Assembly (NCBI GenBank): GCA_029907605.1
Contig: JARYLO010000002.1
Location: 11,030 to 75,029, forward strand
Source of the DNA: Sedimentisphaerales bacterium
Lineage (GTDB): Bacteria; Planctomycetota; Phycisphaerae; Sedimentisphaerales; Anaerobacaceae
Direction of reading: 5' to 3'
DNA: 64,000 bases
Shown: positions 41,516 to 51,391 of the stretch, in pieces
Numbering within the stretch: the first letter of the stretch is position 1
Layout: each line of letters starts with the position of its first letter
Translations under genes and position numbers: made by a program
Notes under the pieces: generated by a model
Seen by the model: only the letters and a program-made list of their open reading frames with translations
Told to the model about the DNA's origin: nothing
The model's database searches: none

Positions 41516-43315
41516 CTAGGACCAAGCCTGCTGCTGTCCTGCCAATTCCATGGCCTCTTTAAGGTGCTGCAGGAGATAGCCCTTTTGCGGCCCTCCCAGG
41601 TGCTCCCAAGGGAGGAACTGGTCTGTAGTGAATGCCTTTGAAGCAAGGGCCTCTAGATCCATTCTTTTGCTGGCAAACGCATCCCTCCAGACCTGAGGGC
41701 TGAAGCACTCATCCCATAGGTCGAACCTGGCCCCAGACCTCCAGGCAGTCTCTATTACTGATCCAACGGTCCTATCGGCCCGCCCCAGGGCCGCCTCAAG
41801 TATGCTGCGATCGATATTATGGAACCTGAACGTGAGACTATGGGGCCTCAATCTCGCCTTCTCTGCCAGGATCCAGGACCTTGCCTGCTCCAGATATGAT
41901 CTAGGGACCTGACCTAGCCAAGCGAATGGTGTGTGCGGCTTTGGGACAAACCAGCTAACCGTGCATGCAACGTGGCCAGGCCTGCCCGATCTAAGGCTGG
42001 AGAGCCCTGCTGCTAGGTGCACGATCTGTTTGACCTCAGACTCGGTCTCCCCAGGCAGGCCTACCATGAAGTAGAGCTTCAGCCGGTGCCAACCTGCATC
42101 ATAGGCAGCCTGGGCTGCAGCAAAGAGGTCCTCCTGACGGATCGGTTTGTTTATGACCGCCCTGAGTCGTTCCGAGGCAGCCTCCACCGCCATGGTCAGA
42201 CCTGACTTGCGGACTGATGCTACCAATTCAGGTACACCGACCAGACCCCTATCAACCCTCAGACTTGGGACAGAGATCCCCACATGTAGGGGCTGGAAGT
42301 ATTGATTTAGGCACCTTATTAGATCTGCCAGACCAGGGTAGTCCGCACTAGAAAGGCTTAACAGGCAGATGTCCTCCAGGCCTGTAGAGCGATAGCATTC
42401 CTTGGCCAGCCGCAGGATGGTCTGCGGGCTACGGAGCCTTATGGGCCTCTTGCAGAAGCTTGCCTGACAGAACCTGCACCTTCCAGGACAGCCGCGCATG
42501 ATCTCGAGGTTTATCCGCTCATGGATGGCCTGGACAAAAGGGACGATTGGCCTTGTAGGCACTGGTGCAGTGTCCAGGTCCTCGACTACAGCAGCTTGCC
42601 TGTATACGGATATGCAAGGGGTACTTGGCCTGATCGCCACCAGTCGGTTGCCCTGGTATTGCGGATCACAAAGAGAGGGCACATATGCCCACTGGAACCG
42701 CCTGGCAAGCTCGGCCAGAAGGCCGCGCTTGCCCATGCCGGCCGAACGGCATTGCCGGAATAGATGTACTAATTCCACAACGGCCTGTTCCCCATCGCCC
42801 AATATGAATGCATCTATGAATCCTGCCATTGGTTCTGCACACTGTGCCATGCCCCCGCCAGCAATCACAATTGGATCGTGCTCTGAGCGGTCCTTACTGT
42901 GTATGGCCAGGCCGGCCAGGTCCAGCATATTCAGGACATTCGTATAGCATAATTCGGTGGTCAGGCTAAATCCAACTATGTCAAAGCCGGCCACAGGGGC
43001 CTTTGATTCCAATGTAAACAGGGGGATCCGGCTGGATCTGAGGACCTGTTCAGCATCTATCCATGGTGCAAAGACCCTCTCAGCCGCTACGCCATCCATC
43101 TGATTGAGTATCCAATACAGGATGGCCATCCCGTTATAAGACATGCCTAGCTCGTACACATCTGGAAAGCACAATGCGATCCGGACGTCGCAAGAGGACA
43201 GATCCTTGCGGACCTGATTCACCTCGCCGCCGATGTATCGGCCTGGCTTGATGACCCTATCGAAAAAACACCGTTCAAGTACGGGTGTCAGATCTTCAAT
43301 CCTTGTATGCCTCAT
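41516..43315 (-). CDS. Radical SAM protein with N-terminal B12-binding-like domain (TIGR03960-type, uncharacterised family)
   Basis: Motifs are KPGRYIGGEVNQ, ALCFPDVYELGMSYNGMAILY, AERVFAPW, FDIVGFSL and IAGGG, plus the CxxxCxxC cluster GCPGRCRFCQA. The family number is from memory. Confidence 0.8.
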   Translation of the reverse strand: MRHTRIEDLTPVLERCFFDRVIKPGRYIGGEVNQVRKDLSSCDVRIALCFPDVYELGMSYNGMAILYWILNQMDGVAAERVFAPWIDAEQVLRSSRIPLFTLESKAPVAGFDIVGFSLTTELCYTNVLNMLDLAGLAIHSKDRSEHDPIVIAGGGMAQCAEPMAGFIDAFILGDGEQAVVELVHLFRQCRSAGMGKRGLLAELARRFQWAYVPSLCDPQYQGNRLVAIRPSTPCISVYRQAAVVEDLDTAPVPTRPIVPFVQAIHERINLEIMRGCPGRCRFCQASFCKRPIRLRSPQTILRLAKECYRSTGLEDICLLSLSSADYPGLADLIRCLNQYFQPLHVGISVPSLRVDRGLVGVPELVASVRKSGLTMAVEAASERLRAVINKPIRQEDLFAAAQAAYDAGWHRLKLYFMVGLPGETESEVKQIVHLAAGLSSLRSGRPGHVACTVSWFVPKPHTPFAWLGQVPRSYLEQARSWILAEKARLRPHSLTFRFHNIDRSILEAALGRADRTVGSVIETAWRSGARFDLWDECFSPQVWRDAFASKRMDLEALASKAFTTDQFLPWEHLGGPQKGYLLQHLKEAMELAGQQQAWS

Positions 43316-43332
43316 GGTCTAATTATACGGCC

Positions 43333-44406
43333 ATGCCGTACGGGCAGACACACCAAACAGGCAATAGGACCATCGCCTTGGCCATAGTGGTGGGGGCGAT
43401 TGTATTTGGGCTGTTGGTGATAGGTTTGCTTGGCAAGATCGGGCCAATGACCATTGATAGTGGACAGCGCCCGATCATGGGCACCTTTGGTCGGGTAGTA
43501 GTTGTGGCGAGGGACAGGGCAACGGCCCTTGCCTGCATAGAGGCGGCCTTTGAGCAGCACCAAGACATAGAGGCCATGATGAGCTTCCACAGGCCCGACT
43601 CGGTTCTTTCTCAGATCAACGCACAGGCCTTTCATCATCCGGTGGTCTTGCCAGGACCGCTCTTTGAGCTCATACAAAGGGCATTAGAGATAAGCAGGGT
43701 CAGCGGGGGTGCATTTGACGTGACGGTGGGGCCTCTTGTGGCCCTGTGGAGACAGGCAGGCACGGAAGATCGCCTTCCCACAGACCAGCAGATCGGCCAG
43801 GCCTTACAGAGGGTGGGTTTTGAGAGGCTGATCCTGGACCCAAACACACGGACGATCCGTTTTGCAGTAGAAGGCATGTCGCTGGACCTAGGCGGCATAG
43901 CCAAGGGCTATGCGGTAGATCGTTCCATCCAGGTCCTGCAAGAGCGGGGGGCCTTGGGTGGCATGGTCGATATAGGTGGCAACATCCGTTGTTTCGGCAG
44001 GCCACCTGGCAGGGCCAGATATTGGACCATTGGGGTACAGGATCCAACACAGGTCTCTGGGCAAGATGGTATCGCCATGGCGTTGAGGCTCACAGGACAG
44101 GCGGTTGCTACTAGCGGCCACTACTACAGATTCGAACAGATAAAGGGGCGAAGATATAGCCACATCATAGATCCTAGGACAGGCCGTCCTACAGATGCAC
44201 CTGCCAGTGTCACTGTCATAGCCCTAGATGCCACTACAGCAGATGGGCTATCCACTGCGATCATGGTCTTGGGTTCGACGGCAGGCCTGCAACTGGCAGA
44301 GCAGCTTGTTGGGGTGGAGGCCATAGTGATGGAGGCAGGTCGCCTCCGCACACTCATGACCAAAGGTGTAGGATCGCTCCTGGTAGATAGAAGTCTTGTC
44401 AGGTGA
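43333..44406 (+). CDS. apbE: FAD:protein FMN transferase (ApbE family)
   Basis: It has an N-terminal TM anchor and the motifs FDVTVGPL, LDLGGIAKGYAVDR, ATSGHYYRF and SHIIDPRTGRP. ATG 43333 lies 17 nt from the divergent radical SAM start. Confidence 0.85.
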   Translation: MPYGQTHQTGNRTIALAIVVGAIVFGLLVIGLLGKIGPMTIDSGQRPIMGTFGRVVVVARDRATALACIEAAFEQHQDIEAMMSFHRPDSVLSQINAQAFHHPVVLPGPLFELIQRALEISRVSGGAFDVTVGPLVALWRQAGTEDRLPTDQQIGQALQRVGFERLILDPNTRTIRFAVEGMSLDLGGIAKGYAVDRSIQVLQERGALGGMVDIGGNIRCFGRPPGRARYWTIGVQDPTQVSGQDGIAMALRLTGQAVATSGHYYRFEQIKGRRYSHIIDPRTGRPTDAPASVTVIALDATTADGLSTAIMVLGSTAGLQLAEQLVGVEAIVMEAGRLRTLMTKGVGSLLVDRSLVR

Positions 44407-44860
44407 TAGTACCAGGGTCGATGCCTTGCTCGATGGCCGCTATCTTCTTTAGCCTCCTTTCATGCCTGCCACCTGCAAACTCGGTATTCAGCCAGGCCTC
44501 CACCATCCTCCTGAGTACTACCTTGCCTATCTGGTCTGCAGGTATGCAGAGCACATTGGAATCATTGTGCCCCCTAGAGACACTGGCAGTGAACTCGTCA
44601 TGGCACAAGGCGGCCCGCACACCTGGGATCTTGTTTGCCGCAATGCACATCCCTATACCTGTTGCACATATCAAGATCGCCCTGTCTACCTGGCCTTTTG
44701 ATACAGCCATGGCACCTTGATATGCAATGTCTGGGTAGTCCACAGGCTGCTCACTGTTTGTGCCGAGGTCTACCAGCTCATGGCCGAGCTGGGTGATGAT
44801 AGGCTTTATGAGCTCTTTTATCCGGAACCCTCTGTGGTCGCTGCCAATTGCCACCTTCAT
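44399..44860 (-). CDS. rpiB: Ribose-5-phosphate isomerase B
   Basis: Motifs are MKVAIGSDHRGF, ILICATGIGMCIAANK and GHNDSNVLCIP. ATG 44860 forms a 4-nt overlap with the upstream stop. Confidence 0.9.
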   Translation of the reverse strand: MKVAIGSDHRGFRIKELIKPIITQLGHELVDLGTNSEQPVDYPDIAYQGAMAVSKGQVDRAILICATGIGMCIAANKIPGVRAALCHDEFTASVSRGHNDSNVLCIPADQIGKVVLRRMVEAWLNTEFAGGRHERRLKKIAAIEQGIDPGTIT

Positions 44861-45999
44861 AGTACCAACTCTCTGATTCTCCTTTCTATAGCTGCCTCGA
44901 TCTGGGTCGCACACCGCTCGAAGACCTCGGCAGACTGGCCTATAGGGTCTGGAATTGGGCCTTTGTCGTCAAGCAGCAAGCACCTGTCTGCTGCAGTCGG
45001 CTCTAGGTCCAAGACCGCGCGCCGATGCGACTGATCCATCACAAAGATCAGGTCGCTGGCCTGGATCACTGACTCAGTCAAGGCCTGGCTCTTATGGCCG
45101 CTGATGTCTACACCCCGTGCAGCACAGGCAGCCTTTGCACCGTTGCTGGCCGTCATGCCTGCCAGGTCCATAACCCCGGCAGACATCACACTATAGCCCA
45201 TAATGGCAAGCTGGTCAACCTCACAGCCCAACCTCTTGGCCAGATAGGCCTTACACAGGCCCTCTGCAATCGCACTTCTACATGTATTGCCGGTACAGAC
45301 GAATAATATGGTCACGCTGGACCAGGTCTGGAGCTGGCCTGCTGTGTAGGCCCCTTCCCTCAAGACCTCGATACCTCTTGCGCCTATACGGGCCACAGTA
45401 CTGGACTGGCCATATCTGCATGGTCCACCATCCAGGACCAGGTCTATCTGGCCGTCCAGATAACTCAAGACCGCCTGTGCATCGCTAGGGGCGGGAAGAC
45501 CGGTTGGATTCGCGCTAGGGGCAACAACAGGACATGCTGTCTGGCGTAACAAGGCACTAGCTATGGCATGATCTGGACAGCGGATCCCTATGCTATAATC
45601 ACGATACAATAGATCGAAAACCTCCTTGCCAAGCCTTGCCTGCTGTTGCTCGAGGATCTGTGGCTCCAGTTCAAACACGGCCGTCAATGGGCCAGGCCAT
45701 GCCTTATCTATAAGTTTGCGTGCCTTTAATGGCAGATGTGGCAGATAGTTTCTTAAGGATGCCCTATCGCCGATGTGAAGGGTATATCGCTTGTCGGATG
45801 GCCTTCCCTTTACAAGATCTAGCCTTTCTAGACAATCGGCCCTTACCCGGCAGGCAAGGCCGTAGACGGTCTCGGTGGGAAATGCAACAAGACCACCAGC
45901 CTCTACGATGGCGGCCGCCTCGGCAATTGCCGCCTGGAGATCATCACACTTGCTGAGGTCTAAGACCTTCGTCCGCATGTTCGAAGGATAATGGGACAT
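44857..45999 (-). CDS. tsaC: Fusion: L-threonylcarbamoyladenylate synthase (YrdC/TsaC domain) + low-molecular-weight protein phosphatase (LMW-PTP/YwlE-like)
   Basis: The N-terminal part has GGLVAFPTETVYGLAC, APSANPTG and GGPCRYGQSSTV. The C-terminal part has the P-loop ILFVCTGNTCRSAIAEG (CX5R-S) and the Asp loop IPDPIG. Confidence 0.8.
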   Translation of the reverse strand: MSHYPSNMRTKVLDLSKCDDLQAAIAEAAAIVEAGGLVAFPTETVYGLACRVRADCLERLDLVKGRPSDKRYTLHIGDRASLRNYLPHLPLKARKLIDKAWPGPLTAVFELEPQILEQQQARLGKEVFDLLYRDYSIGIRCPDHAIASALLRQTACPVVAPSANPTGLPAPSDAQAVLSYLDGQIDLVLDGGPCRYGQSSTVARIGARGIEVLREGAYTAGQLQTWSSVTILFVCTGNTCRSAIAEGLCKAYLAKRLGCEVDQLAIMGYSVMSAGVMDLAGMTASNGAKAACAARGVDISGHKSQALTESVIQASDLIFVMDQSHRRAVLDLEPTAADRCLLLDDKGPIPDPIGQSAEVFERCATQIEAAIERRIRELVL

Positions 46000-46019
46000 C
46001 CTCGCTTGGGCAAGAGGTA

Positions 46020-46691
46020 CTACTTGGCCCCTATGCGGTGTTCTGTACCTGACATGAGCCTTCTGATGTTGGCCCTATGAAGTATGACTATGACAGCCGC
46101 TATTACCGCTGCCACTGCCTCTATAGGCCACAATCCCCTGAATTCCCAACCTGGCAGGATGGCAATGGCTGCCAGCAATATCACCGGGAAGCTCACCGCC
46201 GCGACTATGCTTGCCACCGAGACATATCGCCACAAGAGCAAGACCGCCACCCATATGCACAGCGTAATGATCGCACAGATCGTATAGTATGGCCACAGGC
46301 CCAATGCCACACCAAAACTGGTAGCAACACCCTTTCCGCCCCTGAAACCCAGATAGATCGGCAGTACATGTCCTACCACTGCCGCTGCACCAACGACAAG
46401 CCACATGGCTAGTATCTGGCCTTGAGGCATGCCGTGCCCTTGCCATGAGCTGACCAGCAAGGCCCTGGCCGCGAACATCGGCACCAGGCCCTTTAGCATA
46501 TCCAGGAAGAAACACACATACCCCCATCTTCTGCCAAGGACCCTTGATAGGTTTGTTGCGCCGATATTGCCAGAACCTATGGTACGTAGGTCTATACCAT
46601 GGGCCTTTGCTAGTATGTAGGCAAAGGGTACAGAACCTAGCAGATAGGCCGCGATGACAAAGAGGATCCAATCTGCAAGAATCCCCCTCAT
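46020..46691 (-). CDS. plsY: Glycerol-3-phosphate acyltransferase PlsY
   Basis: Motifs are AAYLLGSVPFAYILAK, GSGNIGATN and FRGGKGVAT, with five or six TM helices. Start is ATG 46691, or GTG 46721. Confidence 0.88.
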   Translation of the reverse strand: MRGILADWILFVIAAYLLGSVPFAYILAKAHGIDLRTIGSGNIGATNLSRVLGRRWGYVCFFLDMLKGLVPMFAARALLVSSWQGHGMPQGQILAMWLVVGAAAVVGHVLPIYLGFRGGKGVATSFGVALGLWPYYTICAIITLCIWVAVLLLWRYVSVASIVAAVSFPVILLAAIAILPGWEFRGLWPIEAVAAVIAAVIVILHRANIRRLMSGTEHRIGAK

Positions 46692-46787
46692 TTGAGGCGA
46701 TCCGTCTGAATGGCAGGACACACTTGCATAAGCGACCTGCTATCGTCCTTGTGACCTTCCAATGGCAGCATAGTCATCGCGATAGAC

Positions 46788-47078
46788 CTATGTCCGATCA
46801 GACAGATGTAATGTCAAGGCCATCAACTGGAATACGGCAGCCAAACACAGGACTACGATGATGTCCTGTCGGTCCCTGTCCTGGACCAGGAACCACCAAC
46901 AGCCAATAGCCACAGATGCCAGCGAGATGGCCTGGGTCATGCCTGCAAGTACCCGTGTGAGTCTGTAATCGCTCTGCTGTGGCAACTGAGGGGCTGGTCC
47001 AGTGGGCAACTGGAGTGCGGGCTGAGAGGATGAGGCATTGCCGGTATCGTCTTGTCTTACTTGCATGTCTACGATCAC
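46788..47078 (-). CDS. Small hypothetical membrane protein (2 TM)
   Basis: 96 aa. Its start overlaps the gmhA stop by 4 nt, which suggests translational coupling. The C-terminal half is hydrophobic (AISLASVAIGCWWFLV, IIVVLCLAAVFQLMALTL). Confidence 0.45.
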   Translation of the reverse strand: MIVDMQVRQDDTGNASSSQPALQLPTGPAPQLPQQSDYRLTRVLAGMTQAISLASVAIGCWWFLVQDRDRQDIIVVLCLAAVFQLMALTLHLSDRT

Positions 47079-47713
47079 CGTTTCATGGCCAAGCCATTAT
47101 CTGTTTCTGCCAGACTGGAGTCTATCAAGTCGCATACGATATGATAGGCGATCTGGTGCATCTCCTGGATGTGGCAGGTAGGTCCAGGCCCTGTTGCCAG
47201 GCATATGTCGCTGATCTGGCCCAAGGGGCAATCCTCTTGGCCCACAAAGGCCAAGACCTTTGCGCCAATGGCCTTGGCTGTATTGGCAGCGGCGAGGATA
47301 TTCGGGCTGCAGCCGCTTGTGGATATGGCCCAAAGGATATCGCGGTCCTTGACATAGGCCTCTACCTGCCGGCTGAAGACCTGTTCAAAGCCCATGTCGT
47401 TGGCTATAGAGGTGAGCACCGAGCTATCTACAGTAAGGGCCATCGCAGGAAGGGGTGACCTTGAGGCGATCGCAAACCTGCCGACCAGCTCTGCTGCTAT
47501 GTGCTGGGCATCGGCAGCAGATCCACCATTGCCGCATACTAATACCCTGCCGCCATTAGCAAAGACATTCAGGATTGCCTCTGCAGCAGCGATAATGGCC
47601 CTGCACTGCTCGGGCCCGAATGCCCTCTCCAGCATCGCCCTATGCTGGCTGACCGATCGTGCGATACGGCTGCCAAACTGGTTGGACCTGGTCTGTGCCA
47701 TCGGGGACCTCAT
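47075..47713 (-). CDS. gmhA: D-sedoheptulose-7-phosphate isomerase
   Basis: SIS domain with VCGNGGSAADAQHIAAEL, ISTSGCSPNIL and HQIAYHIVC. ATG 47713 abuts the hldE stop. Confidence 0.88.
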   Translation of the reverse strand: MRSPMAQTRSNQFGSRIARSVSQHRAMLERAFGPEQCRAIIAAAEAILNVFANGGRVLVCGNGGSAADAQHIAAELVGRFAIASRSPLPAMALTVDSSVLTSIANDMGFEQVFSRQVEAYVKDRDILWAISTSGCSPNILAAANTAKAIGAKVLAFVGQEDCPLGQISDICLATGPGPTCHIQEMHQIAYHIVCDLIDSSLAETDNGLAMKR

Positions 47714-49230
47714 GTCTGTACCACGGTTGGATCTGCCAGGGCCCTTATCTGTTCTATGGTGGCGGTGGTACTCTTGCCCTCCACAATGGGGGCAAGGACC
47801 ACCTTGCCGCCATAACTGGTTATCAGCTCCGCACCGACCACCCCCTTCTTCTCCCAATCGCGGCCCTTGACTAGTACGTCAGGTCTGATGGTCTCGATCA
47901 AGGCAAGGGGGGTTGGCTGGTCGAATATGGTCACAAAGTCCACTGCCTCCAGTGCAGCAAGCAATGCAGCGCGGTCCTGTTGGCTGTTGATAGGCCTGTC
48001 AGGCCCCTTAATCAGGCGGACGGAGCTGTCGCTGTTGAGCCCCACGACCAGGACATGTCCTTGTCTCTTGCAGAACGCCAGGTATTCTATGTGGCCCCTG
48101 TGCAGGAGGTCAAAACAGCCATTGGTGAATACCACCTTGTATCCGATCCGCCTTCGCCATCCCAGCTCCTTGAGCAGTTGATCCAACGGCAGTACCTTTC
48201 TCTCCACCAGGCTGCTGCTGGAAGGCTGGGATTGGTTGGTAAGGATATCCTGGATGATCTGCTCGATCGTGACTGAACAGACCCCAAACCTGCTGACCTC
48301 TATACCTGCTGCTATGTTGGCCAACTCCACTGCCTGCTGCCAATCCACCCCTGCTGCCCTGGCAACCGCCATAGTGGCAATGACCTGGTCGCCTGCGCCA
48401 GTTACGTCATAGACCTGCCTGACCCTTGTGGGGATATGCCTGCCAGGACCGCCTGCCACTTGCAGATAGGAGCCATCCTTGTCGAGCTTTATCACCAGTG
48501 TCTCGATATCCAGCTGTTGGATCAACCTTTCTGCAACCGGTCTGCAGTCGTCAACCCTGGTGATAGGCGTGCCGGTTGCAGCGCCTGCCTCATATCTATT
48601 CGGTATCAGACAATGTGCATGACTATATCTCGCTTTCCAATCAGCCTTTAGGCAAGGGTCTACCAGGACCGGCACACCATGCCTCTTGGATATATTGATG
48701 ACCTGCTGGCAAAGCCAATTACCTACCAGACCCTTGCCATAGTCTGCGATACAGACGGCCTTGATCTGGTTGACCATCCTGCGAAAGACCTGGAGGATCC
48801 TGCTGGCGATCTGTGGCTCGATGGGATCGGAGGATTCCTGGTCGATCCTGAACAACTGCTGTTGATGTCGGTGCTGGGCAAGGCCCACAAGCCTGGTCTT
48901 GGTGGTGGTAGGGCGATCCTTGCAGACAAGGATGCCATCGGTATTGATCCCGGCCTTGTTCAGTAGGTCCAATAGGACCTGCCCATTCCCATCATCCCCT
49001 ACTACGCCTAGGCAGGCGCATATGCCTCCCAACGCGGCCACATCCATGCCCACTGCTGCAGCCCCGCCTGGCCGGTATTCGGTCCCCTGCAATCTCAGTA
49101 CAGGTACAGGTGCCTCAGGGCTTATCCTCTCGGCCTGGCCGAACATATACTCGTCCAGCATCAGGTCCCCAATAACGGCTATCTGGGGCCTGCCCAAACT
49201 GGTGACGATCTCTAACAGCCGTTGAGACAT
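47710..49230 (-). CDS. hldE: Bifunctional D-beta-D-heptose 7-phosphate kinase / heptose 1-phosphate adenylyltransferase
   Basis: The N-terminal ribokinase-like domain has VIGDLMLDEY and DVTGAGD. The C-terminal cytidylyltransferase domain has VFTNGCFDLLHRGHIEYL. ATG 49230. Confidence 0.9.
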   Translation of the reverse strand: MSQRLLEIVTSLGRPQIAVIGDLMLDEYMFGQAERISPEAPVPVLRLQGTEYRPGGAAAVGMDVAALGGICACLGVVGDDGNGQVLLDLLNKAGINTDGILVCKDRPTTTKTRLVGLAQHRHQQQLFRIDQESSDPIEPQIASRILQVFRRMVNQIKAVCIADYGKGLVGNWLCQQVINISKRHGVPVLVDPCLKADWKARYSHAHCLIPNRYEAGAATGTPITRVDDCRPVAERLIQQLDIETLVIKLDKDGSYLQVAGGPGRHIPTRVRQVYDVTGAGDQVIATMAVARAAGVDWQQAVELANIAAGIEVSRFGVCSVTIEQIIQDILTNQSQPSSSSLVERKVLPLDQLLKELGWRRRIGYKVVFTNGCFDLLHRGHIEYLAFCKRQGHVLVVGLNSDSSVRLIKGPDRPINSQQDRAALLAALEAVDFVTIFDQPTPLALIETIRPDVLVKGRDWEKKGVVGAELITSYGGKVVLAPIVEGKSTTATIEQIRALADPTVVQT

Positions 49231-49261
49231 CCTGTTCCTGCCATTTGGCCTTTCGGCCGGA

Positions 49262-51295
49262 TCAGTCCTCCTCTTCCTGCTGCCTTTCCTTGGCATAACG
49301 GGCCACTATCTGGGCCTGGATATTGCTTGGCACAGGCTCGTAGTGGCTGAAGCTCATGGTATAACTGCCCCTACCGCCTGTGACACTCTTCAATTGGCTG
49401 CTATATTGGCTGACCTCTGCAAGCGGAACCTGGGCCTTGATCACTATGTAGCCGCCTGGCAAGACCTCTTGGCCTAGGACCCTACCCCTCTTGCCAGCCA
49501 GGTCACCGGTTATGTCACCCATGTTCTCCGCAGGCACGGTCACCTCGATATTCACTATGGGCTCCAGGAGGACAGGCTTGGCCTTCTGTACCGCATCGAT
49601 GAATGCCCCCTTTGCCGCGGTCCTGAACGCCACCTCCTTTGAATCCACCGGATGGTGCTTGCCATCATATACAGAGACCTTGATGTCCTGCATGGGGAAG
49701 CCAGCTACAACACCCCTCTCCATCACGTCGTTTATGCCCTTTAGGACCGCAGGCTCAAACTGGCTGGGGATCGCACCGCCGAATATGTCCCAGCTAAACT
49801 GCAGTGGAGGCTGGCTGTTTCTTGGGGCAGGTTCGACCCTTAGGAATACCTCGCCGAATTGGCCTGCGCCGCCGGTCTGCTTCTTGTGCCTATAATGGCC
49901 CTCTGCCTTGGCGGTGATCGTCTCCCTGTACGGGATCTTAGGCTCTTTGGTATTCACCGCCAACTTGAACCTCCTCTCCATCCTCTCCAACATCACACGA
50001 AGGTGCAGTTCGCCAAGCCCATACAGGACCAGTTCCTTTGTCTGGGTGTCCCTGACGGCCTTCAGACACGGATCCTCCTCGCAGAGCCTCTCTAGGGCAC
50101 CACTTATCTTCTGCTCGTCGCCCCTGGCTGCAGGTTCCAATGCCAACGCATACATGGGTTCTGGTAATGGCGGTATGGGGAACCTTCCGGAGATATTGCC
50201 TTCGTGGATCAGGTCTCCCAGCTTTAGCTCCTCTGCCCTGGCCAGTGTGATGATCTGGCCTGCTATACCTTGTTCAACCTCCTGGTTTTCCGGGCCTTGA
50301 GAGATAAGTATATGTCCTGGCCTGAATCCCTTTTTTTGGTCATTGCGGACTATGGTCATGTCTGGCCTGATGGTACCACTGAAGAGCCTTATGGTGGTAT
50401 ACTTCATGTTCGACTTTGGGTCATAGCCGATCCTGAATACATAGCCAGCCAGGGGCCCCGATGGGTCTGCCTGGAGCTCAGGACCGTCGATCATCTCCAC
50501 AGTCCTTGCTGCTGCAGATGGCACAAGCCTGACGATCAGATCCAACAGCTCCTGGATCCCGACCAACTTCTTTGCACTAGTAAAGACGATGGGTACCAAC
50601 GTGCACCCAGCTACCGCCTTCACCAAGGCCTGGGCCAGTCTTTCAGCAGGTAGGCTTTCGCCAGCAAGGTAGCTCTCCATCATGGAATCGTCGGTTTCAA
50701 CGACCCTCTCGATCAGGTCTGTGTGTGCCTTCTCCAGATCTATGGCGGTTTGGTGGCCAGGGCTGGCCTGGGCGGCTAGGCAGTCAACAACGGCCTGGCC
50801 GTCTGTAGTTGGTATATTCACGCAACGACACTGGGGACCAAACGCATCCTGGATAAGCCTCAGCAGGGCCTGGATATCTATCTGGCCAGCATCGATCTTG
50901 TTTATTATTATGAATCTTGGGATGTGGGCCTGTTCGAGCAGGTTGTAGAGCCTCCTGGTATTCGTATCCACACCTGCCGATGCAGACATGACCAGTAGTG
51001 CAGCATCCCCGGCCGGTATTGCCATGATGCTCGCACCAATGAAGTCTGGATAGCCTGGGGTGTCTATGATGTTGATCTGCCTGCCATCATGTTCGAGGTG
51101 GACCACTGCAGATGAGATGGAATGGCCTCTTTCGCGTTCCTCTTCGTAGTAGTCACAGATACTGGTCTTGTCCTCTACGCTGCCCAGACGACTGGTCAGA
51201 CCGGCCTTGAAGAGCATGGCCTCAGCGATAGAGGTCTTGCCCCCACTTGGATGGCCCAACAAGACTACGTTCCTAATGTTTTCGGTTGCCGACAC
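49262..51295 (-). CDS. Elongation factor G paralog (EF-G2-like translational GTPase)
   Basis: It has G1 GHPSGGKT, G3 DTPGYPDF and G4 NKID, and domains II-V are colinear with EF-G. The N-terminus resembles the Thermus EF-G-2 type rather than the canonical AHIDAGKT. Confidence 0.8.
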   Translation of the reverse strand: MSATENIRNVVLLGHPSGGKTSIAEAMLFKAGLTSRLGSVEDKTSICDYYEEERERGHSISSAVVHLEHDGRQINIIDTPGYPDFIGASIMAIPAGDAALLVMSASAGVDTNTRRLYNLLEQAHIPRFIIINKIDAGQIDIQALLRLIQDAFGPQCRCVNIPTTDGQAVVDCLAAQASPGHQTAIDLEKAHTDLIERVVETDDSMMESYLAGESLPAERLAQALVKAVAGCTLVPIVFTSAKKLVGIQELLDLIVRLVPSAAARTVEMIDGPELQADPSGPLAGYVFRIGYDPKSNMKYTTIRLFSGTIRPDMTIVRNDQKKGFRPGHILISQGPENQEVEQGIAGQIITLARAEELKLGDLIHEGNISGRFPIPPLPEPMYALALEPAARGDEQKISGALERLCEEDPCLKAVRDTQTKELVLYGLGELHLRVMLERMERRFKLAVNTKEPKIPYRETITAKAEGHYRHKKQTGGAGQFGEVFLRVEPAPRNSQPPLQFSWDIFGGAIPSQFEPAVLKGINDVMERGVVAGFPMQDIKVSVYDGKHHPVDSKEVAFRTAAKGAFIDAVQKAKPVLLEPIVNIEVTVPAENMGDITGDLAGKRGRVLGQEVLPGGYIVIKAQVPLAEVSQYSSQLKSVTGGRGSYTMSFSHYEPVPSNIQAQIVARYAKERQQEEED

Positions 51296-51391
51296 TTCTG
51301 TACCTCCAAAAAGTTATTCCAAATACCATGGGCCAAGAAAGATCTTGTAGTTTACCACCCAAACCCCCATCCCTCAAGGATCTTATGTTCC

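Noticed and set aside
46075-46671. 198-aa ORF on the same strand as plsY but in another frame
   Set aside because: It is completely nested in plsY, whose frame carries the GSGNIGATN and FRGGKGVAT motifs. The alternative product is Arg/Gly/Cys-rich with no recognisable features.
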